Assembly (NCBI GenBank): GCA_000934665.2
Contig: KZ537976.1
Location: forward strand, 1 to 64,000
Length of the DNA: 64,000 bases
Direction of reading: 5' to 3'
From: Catajapyx aquilonaris
Taxonomy: Eukaryota
A program made the position numbers and the translations under genes. Below are positions 12,186-24,540 of this stretch, in pieces. The notes beneath the pieces were generated by a model, which made no database searches, was not told the origin of the DNA, and was given only the letters and a program-made list of their open reading frames with translations. How positions within the stretch are numbered: the first letter of the stretch is position 1; every line of letters begins with the position of its first letter.

Positions 12186-13187
12186 GTGAGTACCTTTTTA
12201 TATCGAAAAATTTCGCTCCGAAAAAAAACAAACATCGCAGGTATTTAACGTGGGCAAATATTTGGCTCGTGTAATACCTTCCAAACCGAGAGCAGGATGC
12301 TCTGTCTTGGATGACCTCCAGGAGATGAAAGGATTTACCCTGCAAGCTCTTGTCCGAAATAGACTTACTTAACCATTGTATAACGCAAACTCCGCTTTTG
12401 CTGATTGGGGATGATTTACTAGCAAATTATTCCGCTCGAAGAATGTGAACGACCTCATTGTCCAAAAAGCGAGGCAATGGAGCCATCAGTTTCGATTTCG
12501 ATTCTGGCCTGCAGGCGGTCAATCTTCTTTCATGCAGATCACTTTCCTCACGTGGGAAGGACACCTCGGAAGAACCGGATTTTAAAAATCTTATTCAAGC
12601 CTGGTCTGGAGTTGAACGGACCCAGACGCACACTCTTGAGCTTTGATCAAGTGGGAAAGGTGAAGATGCTCTCTAACATTCCAACGGGTGTGAGTCATTT
12701 CAAGAGGCCAAATTTTGGGGCCTCCTGATCACGCATTTGAGACCTGACATGTGTTTTAGGGCGTGGGCAACGTGTGGCGTTAGTTTGCGAAAAACCAGAT
12801 TGGTTTATTGCTCTTGAAAGCAGGGTGAAAAAAATGCGAATTGCGTAAGTTTAGACTCTTTAGAGGGTGCGAAATTAACGGACTCTGAGGTGTGGGTTGG
12901 TTGAACAGACCCAAGTCCTGCTCCAGAAAACAGATCCAGTTCTCTGTCGGAGCTGAGACTGGAAGCCAAAACGATCTTTTAGAAATAAACATCAAGTAGG
13001 TTAAACACACAGGCGATTTTTAGACACCGCGACATTTGCAAACTGCCAAATGTGGGCAAGTCCGACCCCGGGGAAAAAAAATTGGGGATTTGCGTTGGGG
13101 GCGGGTTTTCTTCTTCTTTTGCAGAGTTTAAATCTCGAGAGAACAGGTAATGTAATCTGTCTAAAATTGGCTTGGGCAAGAGGGGCG

Positions 13188-13229
13188 TTAAATATAGCCC
13201 AGTGACGCAGGAGCCATTTCCAAATATGG
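13188..13229. promoter_or_regulatory. Candidate muscle enhancer: MEF2 site plus CArG (SRF) box
   Basis: TTAAATATAG (YTAWWWWTAR) at 13188-13197 and CCAAATATGG (CCW6GG) at 13220-13229, in the intron after the muscle-specific exons. Confidence 0.55.
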
Positions 13230-14863
13230 CGCATGTTAGTAGTGTGGGTGATTTTGGAATGGAGCCTGCTGCTGGCTGGTTCCTTGCTCGTTCCTCGGTT
13301 TGTTTTTTTGTAAGCGAGAGCATTTGAATATGGCGATGCCGGAAAAAATAAAATAAAAAAGCGACAACAGAATAATGTATTGCAGGGTCCATTTACTAGA
13401 CTGTGCACCGGAAGAAGGGAGGGGAGTGAAGTGTTGAGCTCTTAAGAAACTGGGATAAAATGAGAACCAGGGTTGAATCTGCTCAGAACCGTTGCAAGGT
13501 CGGCCTCATTATACACACACACACTACAGTAACTCGGAATGTAAATACCTTTTCGCAGTTTCCGCCCCACAAAACAGAAATAGGCGCCCGCAGGAAGGGA
13601 GCCTGTCGTGTGCCTACTCTCATTTCCACACTTTTGACGTTTATGCAGGTGACTTCCGTTCTCACCATGTGGAGCAAGGCATTTCCCATTTAAAGTTTAG
13701 TGAAACGCAAATGTAAAACTGGGATGAACATGTACAGGAAATGGAAACAAATGGGGAGGGAAATATGTCCTTGAATGAACTCCTTATCATGCAAATCGAA
13801 TGAACAATTATTTTATGAAATAATATCTTCGTATACAGATATAGGGAAGTATCGACAGGCAAGAGCCATTAAAATTTAATACTCTGCATAATATTTGATT
13901 TAGGAGAGCTTCCGTAATGTAGATAGGAATGAATTTGCAATATAAAAATAGTGACGCAATGGGTTCCAGTACTTTTAATTGATCAGTACCTCCAGAACTG
14001 TACAGTAGCTTAAAATTTACTTGCAATATTACTGGTTATCAGACTGAACCCCTATAGTTTTAAAAGAAGAAAAAAACTTATTCAGTTCGTGAACATCCTT
14101 CTTGTAGTATGCCAGCTTGGGACTATAGGATACGAAATAAAATTTTAGTTGAAAATGTCGGAAAGCTATTAATACTTCCCCAAACGAATACTGATGAGAA
14201 TTTTAATAAAAACTGGTCACGACGCCACAAGGCTTGACGCGAAACATCCAGAAAATGCAATAAAAGCAATTTTATCGAGCAATTGCTACATAAAAATTTG
14301 GCAATCTGCGCCACAGTGACGTAAAATTATAGATGAGTAATTCAGAAATGTAATAATTTTATTACGCCCTTGGCGGTAATGCAGAAATATAAAACATGAA
14401 TAATTATTGCTATAAAATATAGGCAATGAAAACATCCTTTATTAGTAAAATCAAGAGTTCATTTGTATTACAAAAATTTCCATGATAATTCAAGAGAGCG
14501 CTAATATTTTCAATTCACGGGGCACTTATAGAGGCAATTGCTGAGGGAATGACATATGCCGATCAAAAACCGCGAATAATTAGGTCGTAAATGCACAATT
14601 TATAATCAAATCGTTATCTCCACGCACTTAACCAGCAAGCAATACAAACGTTATCGCACTCTTTCCGCTCAAATTTGTCAGGCATGCCATTTGTCAAATG
14701 AATTCATTACTGATAAGCGGTCAATGACACTGATTAATTTTCTGGAGCCTCATTCCTGCCGCCGCTCTTTTTCCCTCGTTCCGTTCCGCTCCGTTAAGTG
14801 AACGGCGTGTGTCAGGCGCCTGAACGCGGCCATCATGGCAGAGCGAGTAGAGGGCAATCAGAA

Positions 14864-15307
14864 ATGGCCGAGCGTGAGTCGGCGGACGGGGCTGAGCGAG
14901 CGAGAGTCAGTTGGAGGGGAGGTTCAGTCGAGATGGTCGCTCCGGGAGACGAGGAGGTCCTCAGCTGGGACGAGGCCAGCGTCGAGAGGCGCCGTCTGCT
15001 CAGGCTGCAGCGTCTAGGAAGCATCGGAGGAAACAGGACAGTACCAGTCGGTGGAAGACACGCAACAAGTGTCAACTCAAATGTCGAAGCAGGAGAGGAC
15101 GACCCAGAGATTGCAGAACTGTCACGACTGCGATGCACCAGCGAATGCACCGAACTGATAGCCGAGAGAGAGAAGCGGAGGCAGAGGAGATGCGCAGACT
15201 ACCCAGGGTTCGCTTTCGGATCATCCATATTCAGCTCAGACACCATGATGAAGTTCAATATCATCAAGAACGAGCTGCACAATATCATGAAGACGCAGTT
15301 GAAACGG
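14864..15307 (+). CDS. Tm1: Atypical alternative first exon of tropomyosin (Tm1-I/C-like non-coiled-coil head, 148 aa)
   Basis: Open frame ending DDPEIAELSRLRCTSECTELIAEREKRRQRRCADYPGFAFGSSIFSSDTMMKFNIIKNELHNIMKTQLKR. Phase-0 donor cgg|gtcagt is in frame with exon 21104. Start codon uncertain. Confidence 0.85.
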
Positions 15308-15900
15308 GTCAGTAACAATAGCGGTTCTCTCTCCCTAGAAATTCTTTTTCACTAAACGCCTAAAGGAAGTGGGTGGACGAAGGGGGTGGAAATCAGCTGG
15401 CAGGAGGCCCACACACAGCAGCCAAGGAAAAAAAAACTCAGAGCTCGCGAGAAGACTTGCGGCATCTGGCGGATGGAATGGATATTCCGAGCTGGGTTTT
15501 ACACTCGGCAGAGGGATGCATAAACTCGCCCAAGTTCTTATTTGAAAGGTGACCTCATATCCGCTCTTATCGGGTGGTTGTGTCACCTCATGACATACCT
15601 CTCTGATGAATAGCGTTGCGTGCGAGATTATCTCTGGCTCGAATTGCGCTGATTTCATATTACAGCTCACATGGGAAGAACCGTATAATCATTCCACTTA
15701 CCCCGTCCATTATTACTGGACTAAACAAGCCTACAAGTATATTCACAGACTGTGGTCTACAATAAGGAAGGCTCTTTAATTACCCATCTAAAAATATAAA
15801 TGGGACATCTGATTGCATATGAATGTGGTGGAATTCTGTTGACAGCAGAACTCTGCCAAAATTGATATTGCGTATTTTTAGGCTGGTTATGATGCCTGCC

Positions 15901-16001
15901 ACATTGGATGGAATTTTCGTTGTACTACTAGTCACTGCTAACTTAGCTATACCATTGCATTACACTGGTGCTAGTAGTACGACGAAAATTCCACCTAAAG
16001 T
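15901..16001. mobile_element. Short palindromic MITE-like element (family also at 55027)
   Basis: 31-bp imperfect inverted arms acattggatggaattttcgttgtactactag / ctagtagtacgacgaaaattccacctaaagt. Confidence 0.65.
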
Positions 16002-16889
16002 TTCAGCAGCTGGAGTATTTACACCGGACTGAGCCCATGGTCCACATACATAAAATTTAGCGTACAGATTGATGAACATGATTAGAACATCCGATCAGTG
16101 CGCTAGAAACTTCTCGTATTTAGACCAACGTGTCACTAGATTTGGAATTGCCGCCACCTTTTGGACCAACAATGGCGCCGCGCATATTGGATCCAAAATG
16201 GCGGCCGATTGGCGCTACCTTGTCAGATGCAATGGAAAAGGGCGAGGTCCTGACCCGGTCCGAACACGTCAGTTTCAGCACGCGCGTATCATCTAAAAAA
16301 ATCAGCTTCTGTTAGCACAAAGCACCAAAACCTGACCTTAAAGTCAGAGACGCGTTTCATTCGACTAGTTTCTTTCTTTTTTTTTTGCCCCTCGTCGGAC
16401 ATACAGCACGAACTCGAAAAGAGAGGCGCGCCCTGTGGCGGATTGATACATCATGGCACATCCGCTTTTACCTCCCAATGCCCATGGATAAAGTGCAAGG
16501 CCTGACCTTGTACCGATGTGACCTCTGACATCGCGGTCAACCCAGGTCAAACCGGCATGTGACTAGTCAATACCACCTGTTCGCACAAAACATGTGGAAC
16601 TACTTTACACCGCGGAAGGTTCCCGGTCATGTCAGCAGGTAGTTGCCGGCCGGATAGCTGTAGCGGCTATTGTAGTAACCGTTCTCCTGTTGGTTAAACT
16701 GCTAGTTGATTCGAACATGTACTGTTGACTAGCGTCCACTGCGTTGTTGTTTGTACCTATGAAGCCCGTATGAAGCTCACTTTGTCGACGCCGAACATGG
16801 AGCAAGCACCGTGCTGCAAAAGGCCAGCTCACTCTTGGCCATACAGCCCCCGGCCACGCCACTAGCAGCTACCAGCAGCTGTGCTAGAT

Positions 16890-16925
16890 CCCGCCCTGCT
16901 AAATCCCCGCCCTTCTTTGCCAGTC
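16890..16925 (+). promoter_or_regulatory. Candidate promoter of the cytoplasmic tropomyosin isoform
   Basis: Two GC boxes (CCCGCCC at 16890 and 16906) followed by an Inr-like CCAGTC at 16920, ~135 nt before ATG 17057. Confidence 0.35.
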
Positions 16926-17056
16926 TGGAAAAGAGTCTCTCGAACAGTTGTGCAGTAGAAGGCTCCCATCTTGTGAGGTCCTGCAGGTGGTCGTGTGTGT
17001 GTGCCGGGTTGTGGTCGTTTTCGTTGTGTGGAGTTCAGATAGAAAAAGGAGAAGAT

Positions 17057-17164
17057 ATGTCGACGGCGGTGCAGCAGGGCACGCTCCTGGACGTGCTGAA
17101 GAAGAAGATGAGGCAGACCAAGGAGGAGATGGAGAAGTACAAGGAGGAAGGGGAGGAGCTGCAG
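17057..17164 (+). CDS. Tm1: Tropomyosin cytoplasmic-type first exon, 3' end lost in an assembly gap
   Basis: [36 protein letters not shown], then N at 17165; matches the arthropod non-muscle tropomyosin N-terminus. Confidence 0.93.
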
Positions 17165-17613
17165 NGGGGGAAGGTCATCGTCTTGATTGACCCCCTCCGT
17201 ATAAAGTGCCCTGCCCTGTTCCGTGAATAAAATGGGACAGGTTGGGCTGTAAAAAAAAAAAGTCGCCTAATGTGTTCCCCTGTCAAGTTAGACAGTACCG
17301 GGCCATCTTAACTCATGAATTTTGATCGTTAGAAAGAAGCGGATTGACCACAAAAGTAACCCAACCTGGCCTAATCGAATGCATTCTATTCCACGAATAA
17401 ACGGACATATTAAATATGATAGTACAGAACAGTCCAGATCAAAGAATTGTCGAGGAACAGTCATCCTGCCAATAAAAGTATCTAGACTAACCTGTACTAT
17501 CAGTCCAACAAGAATTGTCGCAGCGGCAGCGCACGAACTACAATCTACGAGCACAGGGACACGAGAGACTGTAGTTCGTGCGCTGCTGCTGCGACAGTTC
17601 TTGTTGGACAGCA

Positions 17614-17812
17614 GGTACCGTTCCATTAATAAATAGACATTGCCCAAATGTTACATACTTTTTAAGCTAATGCGTTCCGTTCCATTTATTAAATGGTACA
17701 GTTTGCAAATGTGCGAACCTGTTCTGTTCCATTAATAAATGAACGGGGGTTAAAAGTGAAAGACATTGTTCGTACCGTTCCATTTAAAGGTACAGTTTGC
17801 AAATGTGTGAAC
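17614..17812. repeat. Degenerate local direct repeats
   Basis: ggtacagtttgcaaatgtgYgaac twice (~17695, ~17789) and gttccattaataaat twice (~17620, ~17726). Confidence 0.6.
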
Positions 17813-20800
17813 GTAGCACACTTCATTGGCTGCGATTGTCCACAACGGGCAGCGAACCCTGAAGTAATTGAGGTGCGACCTTACTGACCCTGTTGTGGGA
17901 ATGGGGTGGGGTACAGGGTGGGTGAAATATGGGACAGGACATCCACCCGCAATGTGTTGCTTTTTGGTAAAATTGTTGCGGTGCGTCCTCTCTCTCCAGT
18001 GGAAGGCCACATACGCATAATGTGGGGCGTGTTTGCCAATGCTGCTCAGGGACTGCGCACACAAAAAAAAACCTGTGTGTGAGAGCGAATATATTGTATT
18101 CAGGTGGGCAGGTGGAATGTAGGACATTGCTGGACTTTATAAGCAGGAGTGACTAGTTGACATTTTGAGGTAATTTCCCTGCGTCAAATCCTATCAGTTG
18201 ATTGCGGCTGGTCCAAAGGGCGTGGTAGGTGTCGCACAGATTGAAATTCAAGGCCGGTGGTGACGGTCAGACTAATTGAAATTGATATGAGGATGACCCA
18301 GACAAAGGCCATTTTGCAAATAAGGTGGGAGACAACTCTTTGCAAAAAAAATATTTAAAAAATCGAATTGCAAGGTGGAGTTGTGGGGAGGGGTAGGTGA
18401 GAGGTGGTTTCTGCCAAATTTGGTCAGTTGTGGGGAAGCAGCGGACACCCTGACGCCCATACCCGTTGACCCTGGCAAGGTGAGGCCATGTGAGTCATTC
18501 AACTCCAGGCTAAAATGCAAAGGGACTCGGCCTCCCTTCTTCAAGATGGGATGGAGCACGTGCAAAAAAAAATTATGCGAGATAAGCTTGCCCTCTTTGC
18601 TTACACTTCTGAGACATGTACCATTTCCTAGAGGGCCTTGACTCATTAGAGGAGGGGGGGGGAAAGTGGGGCAGGTTTCAGTACTTTTATGGGCAGAAAA
18701 TGATTGGCCTGCAGCTTTAGTGTGAATATTCCGACAACCTCTACCACGCACACAAGCACTGTGTGACCCTGCCGGCAGCGAAAGAAATGTAGTGTACATG
18801 TGACATAATGGCAGGAAGGCTGTTTCATTTTGTGCAACAAAGAGACATGAAGGTCGTTAACAGTGGGTGCTGGAATGGAGCAATTAAATGAGGATTGGCT
18901 GGCTGTATAAATATGTGTTAGTGGATGCTATTGTGTTGCAAGTGTTTGAGCAAGTGTATTTTGCACCTGATAGTGATTCATGCTCTTGAAAAACTTATCA
19001 GAGAATACTCTGTTACAATGGCGTTGCTTGCATTACTTTAATCAACAATGTTATTTGCAGTGGGGCGTTGTTGATAATGCGATCAAAATCAGCCAATGCT
19101 CAGTGACTGTACAATGAATTTTGCAATGATGCTGTCAGTATAAGTAGGTTATAGATGGCACGGATTAACAGGGTGATATGAAAGTCCTGCCTGGCAGTTG
19201 CAAGAAGAGCCAGAGTTGGCCACGCAGCATGACAGATCGAAAGGGGGATGTGCGGCCAAGAGATCCACTTTCACTTTGGGCCATTGGAAAACGAGAGGAT
19301 TGATGGCCCCGTCCAAAAATGGCATAGGTGACCTATCAGGTTGGGATGAAGGAGGGAGCTGAAAGTTGGCACACACTTTTTCTGCCTTCTGGGTCACACA
19401 CAGGAGAGGTTACAAGTCGAACAGGAAGGGTAGGCAGAGGCTAACTGTACTTACTAGTTGGTTGGTTGGAAAAGGACAATCAGCTGCTTTACAGGGAATT
19501 TTTTTTCAGGAGGCAGCGTGTGAATTGAGGGTGGAGTCACCTGAGGGCAATGATGGGTCGTTGATTCCATGAGGAAATAGTTTTTTTTATGCGTCTGTAA
19601 TGAGAGGAAAGGGGTTGTGGTTTTTGTGGGCATCACCATCAGCCAGTTAACCAGCTCATCTGCCTATATAAGGCAACCTGGCTACCTTGTCCTTGTATGG
19701 GGATTGCCTCTATCTGCTTTTTGCTATCAGCAGGAACACTGTGCAATACTGCAGTGGAGGCGCTGAGATAAACATCAGTTAAGGTGTATGATCAGTGGCC
19801 ATTGAACCAATTGAACGCAAATGGCATTGCTGTATTAACGGTCAAAATGGCAGCGGGTGTTGGTGACATCCCGCATTCCAGCACGGCATTCCAATGTGTC
19901 TGCTGCTCACCCCAGAAAATTTTTCAACATCCTTTCCATGTGTGACCTTGCTGGCTGAGGGTCGAGCGTAACAGTTACGCGGTCCTAAGCACTATATGCG
20001 TTGTATTGGGGTTTGGCTCTGCGGTGTAGTAATTGAACTGACCCCTCCCTTCCTTCCCTAACTCATTGGGAGTTCTTCCTATCACAGACTGGAAAGGGAA
20101 GTCTGTGGTTTTTAAGGAGGAAGACAACCTAGAGATTAGAGGCCGTAAATACTGTATAAAAAAAGCTTGAAGGTGTGGATTCTTCTGATGGTCTTTGATG
20201 AGTCCGCTGCCACCACCTGAATGGGACTGGAATGTCCTGGAGGGTTGGATGCCAACATGCAGTAGTAGTACACCACTCTTTGGAAATATGCCAGGCTCCT
20301 TGATCATGCATGCTAACAATCTAAACAAGTGGAAGTTTCAGAAGCGTCTTCAAGGTTGTGATGTAACCAATTTAGGCAGGGCCGGACCCCGGCAGCGTGT
20401 GTGGGCTGATTTTGTAACCTGTTCACTAATACCGCCTGGGTTTGATATGAAAAGTCTCAAGGACATTAAGTGCTCCCGATTTGTGATGCACTGTACTCTC
20501 TCTAGGGCTACTAGTGCTCCTCAAACAGACTCTCATTTAGGTTGGTAAAGGATCTGCTTGGCCTTGGGCTGGGAGTGTTATGGTTGTGGAGGTGTGGAAG
20601 ACCATGACATTGGAAGCTTCATATGTTTTTAGGGCAATAATGCTTCTGGCTGCTGGGCAGAACATTTTAAGCCATGCATGATGTCACCAATTTGCAATGC
20701 ATATTTAGCCATTTTGTTGACTAGAGAGGTTGTGTATTTTGCACTTTCGCATTAAAATGAAATGTTGGGTGATTTTATTCTTGGGCTGGATTGAATATTG

Positions 20801-21103
20801 CAATTGTTTCAGGAGGTGTAAAAATTCCATAAATCTGATGTGCACATTTGTGTAAATTCAGATTGTCATCTGCATATATCTGCCATAAGTCAACTTCAAT
20901 AATAGTTCTACTGTACACCTCAGATATGTTTTCCTAATTTTCACAGCTTGCACTTTCAAAGTTGCAGTGCAGTTCATTGCAGTCGTGGCTTATTCCACGG
21001 CCAATATTTGCCCCCGTACATTTTCTGTTAAAAATGCATAATGTGTTCACACTGTCGTGTATAAGGAACAGTGTCGCTTACATGTTGCATCTGTTTTATC
21101 CAG

Positions 21104-21237
21104 GCTGAGGCTGAGGTGGCTGCCCTGAACAGGCGCATCCAGCTGCTGGAGGAGGACTTGGAGCGCTCAGAGGAGCGACTTGCCACCGCCACCACCAAGC
21201 TGGCTGAGGCTTCCCACTCTGCTGATGAGTCGGAGCG
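21104..21237 (+). CDS. Tm1: Tropomyosin common exon (aa 81-125)
   Basis: [44 protein letters not shown](R); ccag acceptor, gtatgt donor; 134 nt. Confidence 0.97.
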
Positions 21238-22034
21238 GTATGTATCATACAATGTTACAATATTTTGATAAATTTTCTTTGCTCAAATCTTACGGGAAAC
21301 GTTAAATGTGATATGATTACAAACTAGTTTAGTTCTTGTGATGCCAGTTTAGAAATTGAGCTGAAATTTTTGTTACATTATTGGGAGTAATTAGTGGGTG
21401 TAGTCACTGTTTAGCTGCATGATTTTATAGCTATAATTTGTAAGGTTTTATTTCAGGTATTATTTGTTGACCTTGTGTTTTGTTGATTTGTTTCTCGAGA
21501 GTATCTGCCCTCTGCCTTGACCAGGTTCTCACTCTCTTGGGATTTCAGCATTGCGGGGTAGAAGTGACAATTTTAAAGTCAGGGTGCTCCTGCACAATGA
21601 TAGAGTGAAATATGGATATCTCTCCAATTATTATTATTTTTTCTTCCGGTAATCTGTAGATTTGAATTTGGTTTTTGTTTTTTTACTTGGGGGAGCCAAA
21701 TTTGTAACAGCAGAGATTTAAAACTATGTTGAGGTATCTAGAATACACATGCCAGTTTTATGAGTGCAGGTTCTGATAAAGTTGTTTTGACAAAGGGCCA
21801 GAACTGAATAGAGAGTGAAAACCCTGTCTTGAGTCTAATTCCTTGGCACTATTTCAATTTTTTTTTTTTGTGGTGTTTTGCAATGCAGATTACATCTTTC
21901 TTCACAATTTAAATTCGGTAGTCTTTTACTTGTCGAGTGTCAAAACAAGGGAACAAAATTTTTCAAAATTTATGGATGAAGGAGCAAAACTCTAATTATG
22001 ATTGGTAATGTGTCTGTAATTTGTGTGTTTGTAG

Positions 22035-22152
22035 GATACGGAAAGCTCTTGAGAATAGAACAAATATGGAAGATGACAGAGTGGCTATCCTCGAAGCTCA
22101 GCTTGCTCAGGCTAAGTTAATTGCCGAGGAAGCTGATAAAAAATATGAAGAG
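22035..22152 (+). CDS. Tm1: Tropomyosin alternative exon 4a (cytoplasmic type)
   Basis: IRKALENRTNMEDDRVAILEAQLAQAKLIAEEADKKYEE; 118 nt; gtag / gtaaga. Confidence 0.95.
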
Positions 22153-22325
22153 GTAAGAACAACCCCATTTCCCCCAACTTTCAACTGATGCACACAAGTC
22201 TGTTTTGAGTTTCAGGCAGTCGAGTGGAAAACCGTCAAGCAAAATATGTGTAGCAAAAAAATCCTATGGTGTTAGAAAGTGTACTAATAGAGCCTGGCAT
22301 CGTCTGTGCTTTTTCCTTCCCACAG

Positions 22326-22443
22326 TATGCGCAAGGTGCTTGAGAACAGGAGCCTCATGGATGAGGAGAGGATGGACCAGCTTGAGAGCCAGCTCAAGGA
22401 GGCCAGGTTCCTGGCTGAAGAGGCAGACAGAAAATATGATGAG
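22326..22443 (+). CDS. Tm1: Tropomyosin alternative exon 4b (muscle type)
   Basis: [39 protein letters not shown]; 118 nt, same phases as 4a. Confidence 0.96.
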
Positions 22444-23599
22444 GTGATTGGCTCTTGCAAGCCAGCACCACGATGAAGCATGAAAGAGTGATCCAGTGTC
22501 TCTCAGTCCATCCCCATACATAACTGCTCCCAGTTTTTGGTTTCTCTTGTTAACTTTTCCCTGCCCTAGTTGTGTTTTGTAACTGACAAAAAAGGGCGGA
22601 CATTGAGGTTTCCAAGTATGCATGTGGGGTTGTATGTCATGTTAAAAAGAACGGTTAAGGCAAGGTCACAAATGTAGTTTTTCATATATATTATGTGACT
22701 TGTAATAATGGGACCATTAAGGACCTTGACAATGCTATTTAATTCAAGTGTCCTATGAAGTTTTAAGTGCTATTTCTTGTGGGACTTTGGCGGTTAAATA
22801 TAGCCTTTGAGCTTTTGAGCTTTGACCAATGTGATACAAGCTGGTATCACAACATATACAATACTATGCGAGTGTGTTTGAATCCAGAATGTCGGCCCTG
22901 CAACCTGTCCATGCATTTAGTTGGCTCCAAAAATTGAGAAGAGTAATCGCATGACAGAACACACACATAGCCAGCATTGAGGATTTAGTCGCTGCTCTCC
23001 ATCCCATTATATATTTTAGGGGAATCAATTTTTCTTACTACGTGTTAGAGCATGGCTCTTTTTCTTTATAATTTTAGAAGGAATGGATCGGTTTGTTCCT
23101 CTCAGCTGTGTTTCGGTGTGTGTTCTGTTCTGTAAATGAGATTTTTGGCTGCATGCTGACAAGACTCACAGTGTGTTTTGTTTTCTTTGCAGGCGAGAGA
23201 TATATGAAAATATATAACATTGTGTTTCTCATACAGTTTTATTGTTTTGTTTCCTATTTTTTCATCATAACAGCTACTAACGTGTGGTTGTGGCGAACAA
23301 ATCTTTTTCTGCAGCTTTAACACATCGTCTAGTACATAGCAAGGCCGCTTTAGTTTAGATGATTTTGATTTGTTTGGACTAATTGCAACTGAACGTCATA
23401 TTTAGGACCTTAGATGCTTGTTCAGCATGTCATTCGCAGTTTAGCACCCTCGGGTGCTCAGCCAATTAAATACTTGAAAGGTAAAATTTCTTGCAAAAAA
23501 AATTAGACAAATTGGCCTTCTACATTTAAAAAATAACAAATCTGGATGCCGTCAGAATTGAGCAAAGTTCTGGAAAGTGACGCAGGAATTGCTTTCCAG

Positions 23600-23670
23600 G
23601 TGGCCCGTAAGCTGGCCATGGTTGAGGCTGACCTGGAGCGCGCTGAGGAGCGTGCAGAGACTGGTGAATC
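23600..23670 (+). CDS. Tm1: Tropomyosin alternative exon 5a (muscle type)
   Basis: [23 protein letters not shown](S); 71 nt; ttccag / gtaagc. Confidence 0.96.
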
Positions 23671-24007
23671 GTAAGCCTCTCTTTCAGTCTGGGCATGAAG
23701 GAGTGCTGCCTGTTCTTGTTCTGTAGAAGAGTATTGTTGCAATGAAAATAACATCATTTGAGAATTACACTAAGTCTGGCCAAAACATTACTGTCAGTTC
23801 TGCCTATATGGCTGGGAAGATTCATTTTTTTGCAAAGCATCTTTAATTTTATAGATATAGATTACTATATATAATTATATTCTATGACTTGAATTTTTGT
23901 AATTCTCAAGGGATGAACTGTGGTGTGTGACACATTTTGAGTTGATTTGCATGGAATTTTGTGAGTGGCTTGACTGCATGTTCTTTTCTGTGTTTGTGCA
24001 TGGTCAG

Positions 24008-24078
24008 GTGGCTCGCAAACTGGTAATGCTGGAACAGGACCTGGAGAGGGCAGAGGAGAGGGCCGAGCAAGGAGAGTC
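24008..24078 (+). CDS. Tm1: Tropomyosin alternative exon 5b (cytoplasmic type)
   Basis: [23 protein letters not shown](S); 71 nt; gtcag / gtaagt. Confidence 0.94.
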
Positions 24079-24464
24079 GTAAGTATAGCTTTGCACCTGG
24101 CTGAAAGAAATTGCATGACTTTTGTTGGGAAGTTGTTGTTAAAGGAGCACAGAGAGGCTGACTTTTAAAAAGCACATAGCATCATGAAAGTGTTCAGAGT
24201 ATTATGATTGGCACATTATAATTGCCAGACATGCAATCATCAGCGTTAAATTAATGTAAATGATTTTGAATGATTTTTGCTCATGATTATAGTCATTTAG
24301 TTCATGGCAAACAATAATTTCTCTGTGCATCCAGTTTATGCCTATTTGTGTGATGGCTTTTGATTCTGCACTAAATGCGATGATCGAGTGGGTTTGCATG
24401 CAATTTTTATCATTATATTTTTACACCACAAGAGATGCATCTGACATATTTTTTTGCATTACAG

Positions 24465-24540
24465 TAAGATCGTGGAGCTTGAGGAGGAGCTGCGTGTTGT
24501 GGGTAACAACCTGAAGTCTCTGGAGGTTTCTGAGGAGAAG
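24465..24540 (+). CDS. Tm1: Tropomyosin common exon 6
   Basis: [25 protein letters not shown]; 76 nt. Confidence 0.97.

Noticed and set aside
16632..16881. Loose inverted similarity upstream of the cytoplasmic exon
   Set aside because: Too degenerate and gapped; no TSD.
17165..17230. ORF continuation GKVIVLIDPLRIKCPALFRE
   Set aside because: Lies beyond the assembly gap; not tropomyosin-like.
24461..24470. Donor-like GTAAG overlapping the exon 6 acceptor
   Set aside because: Explained by the AG plus conserved Ser/Lys codons.
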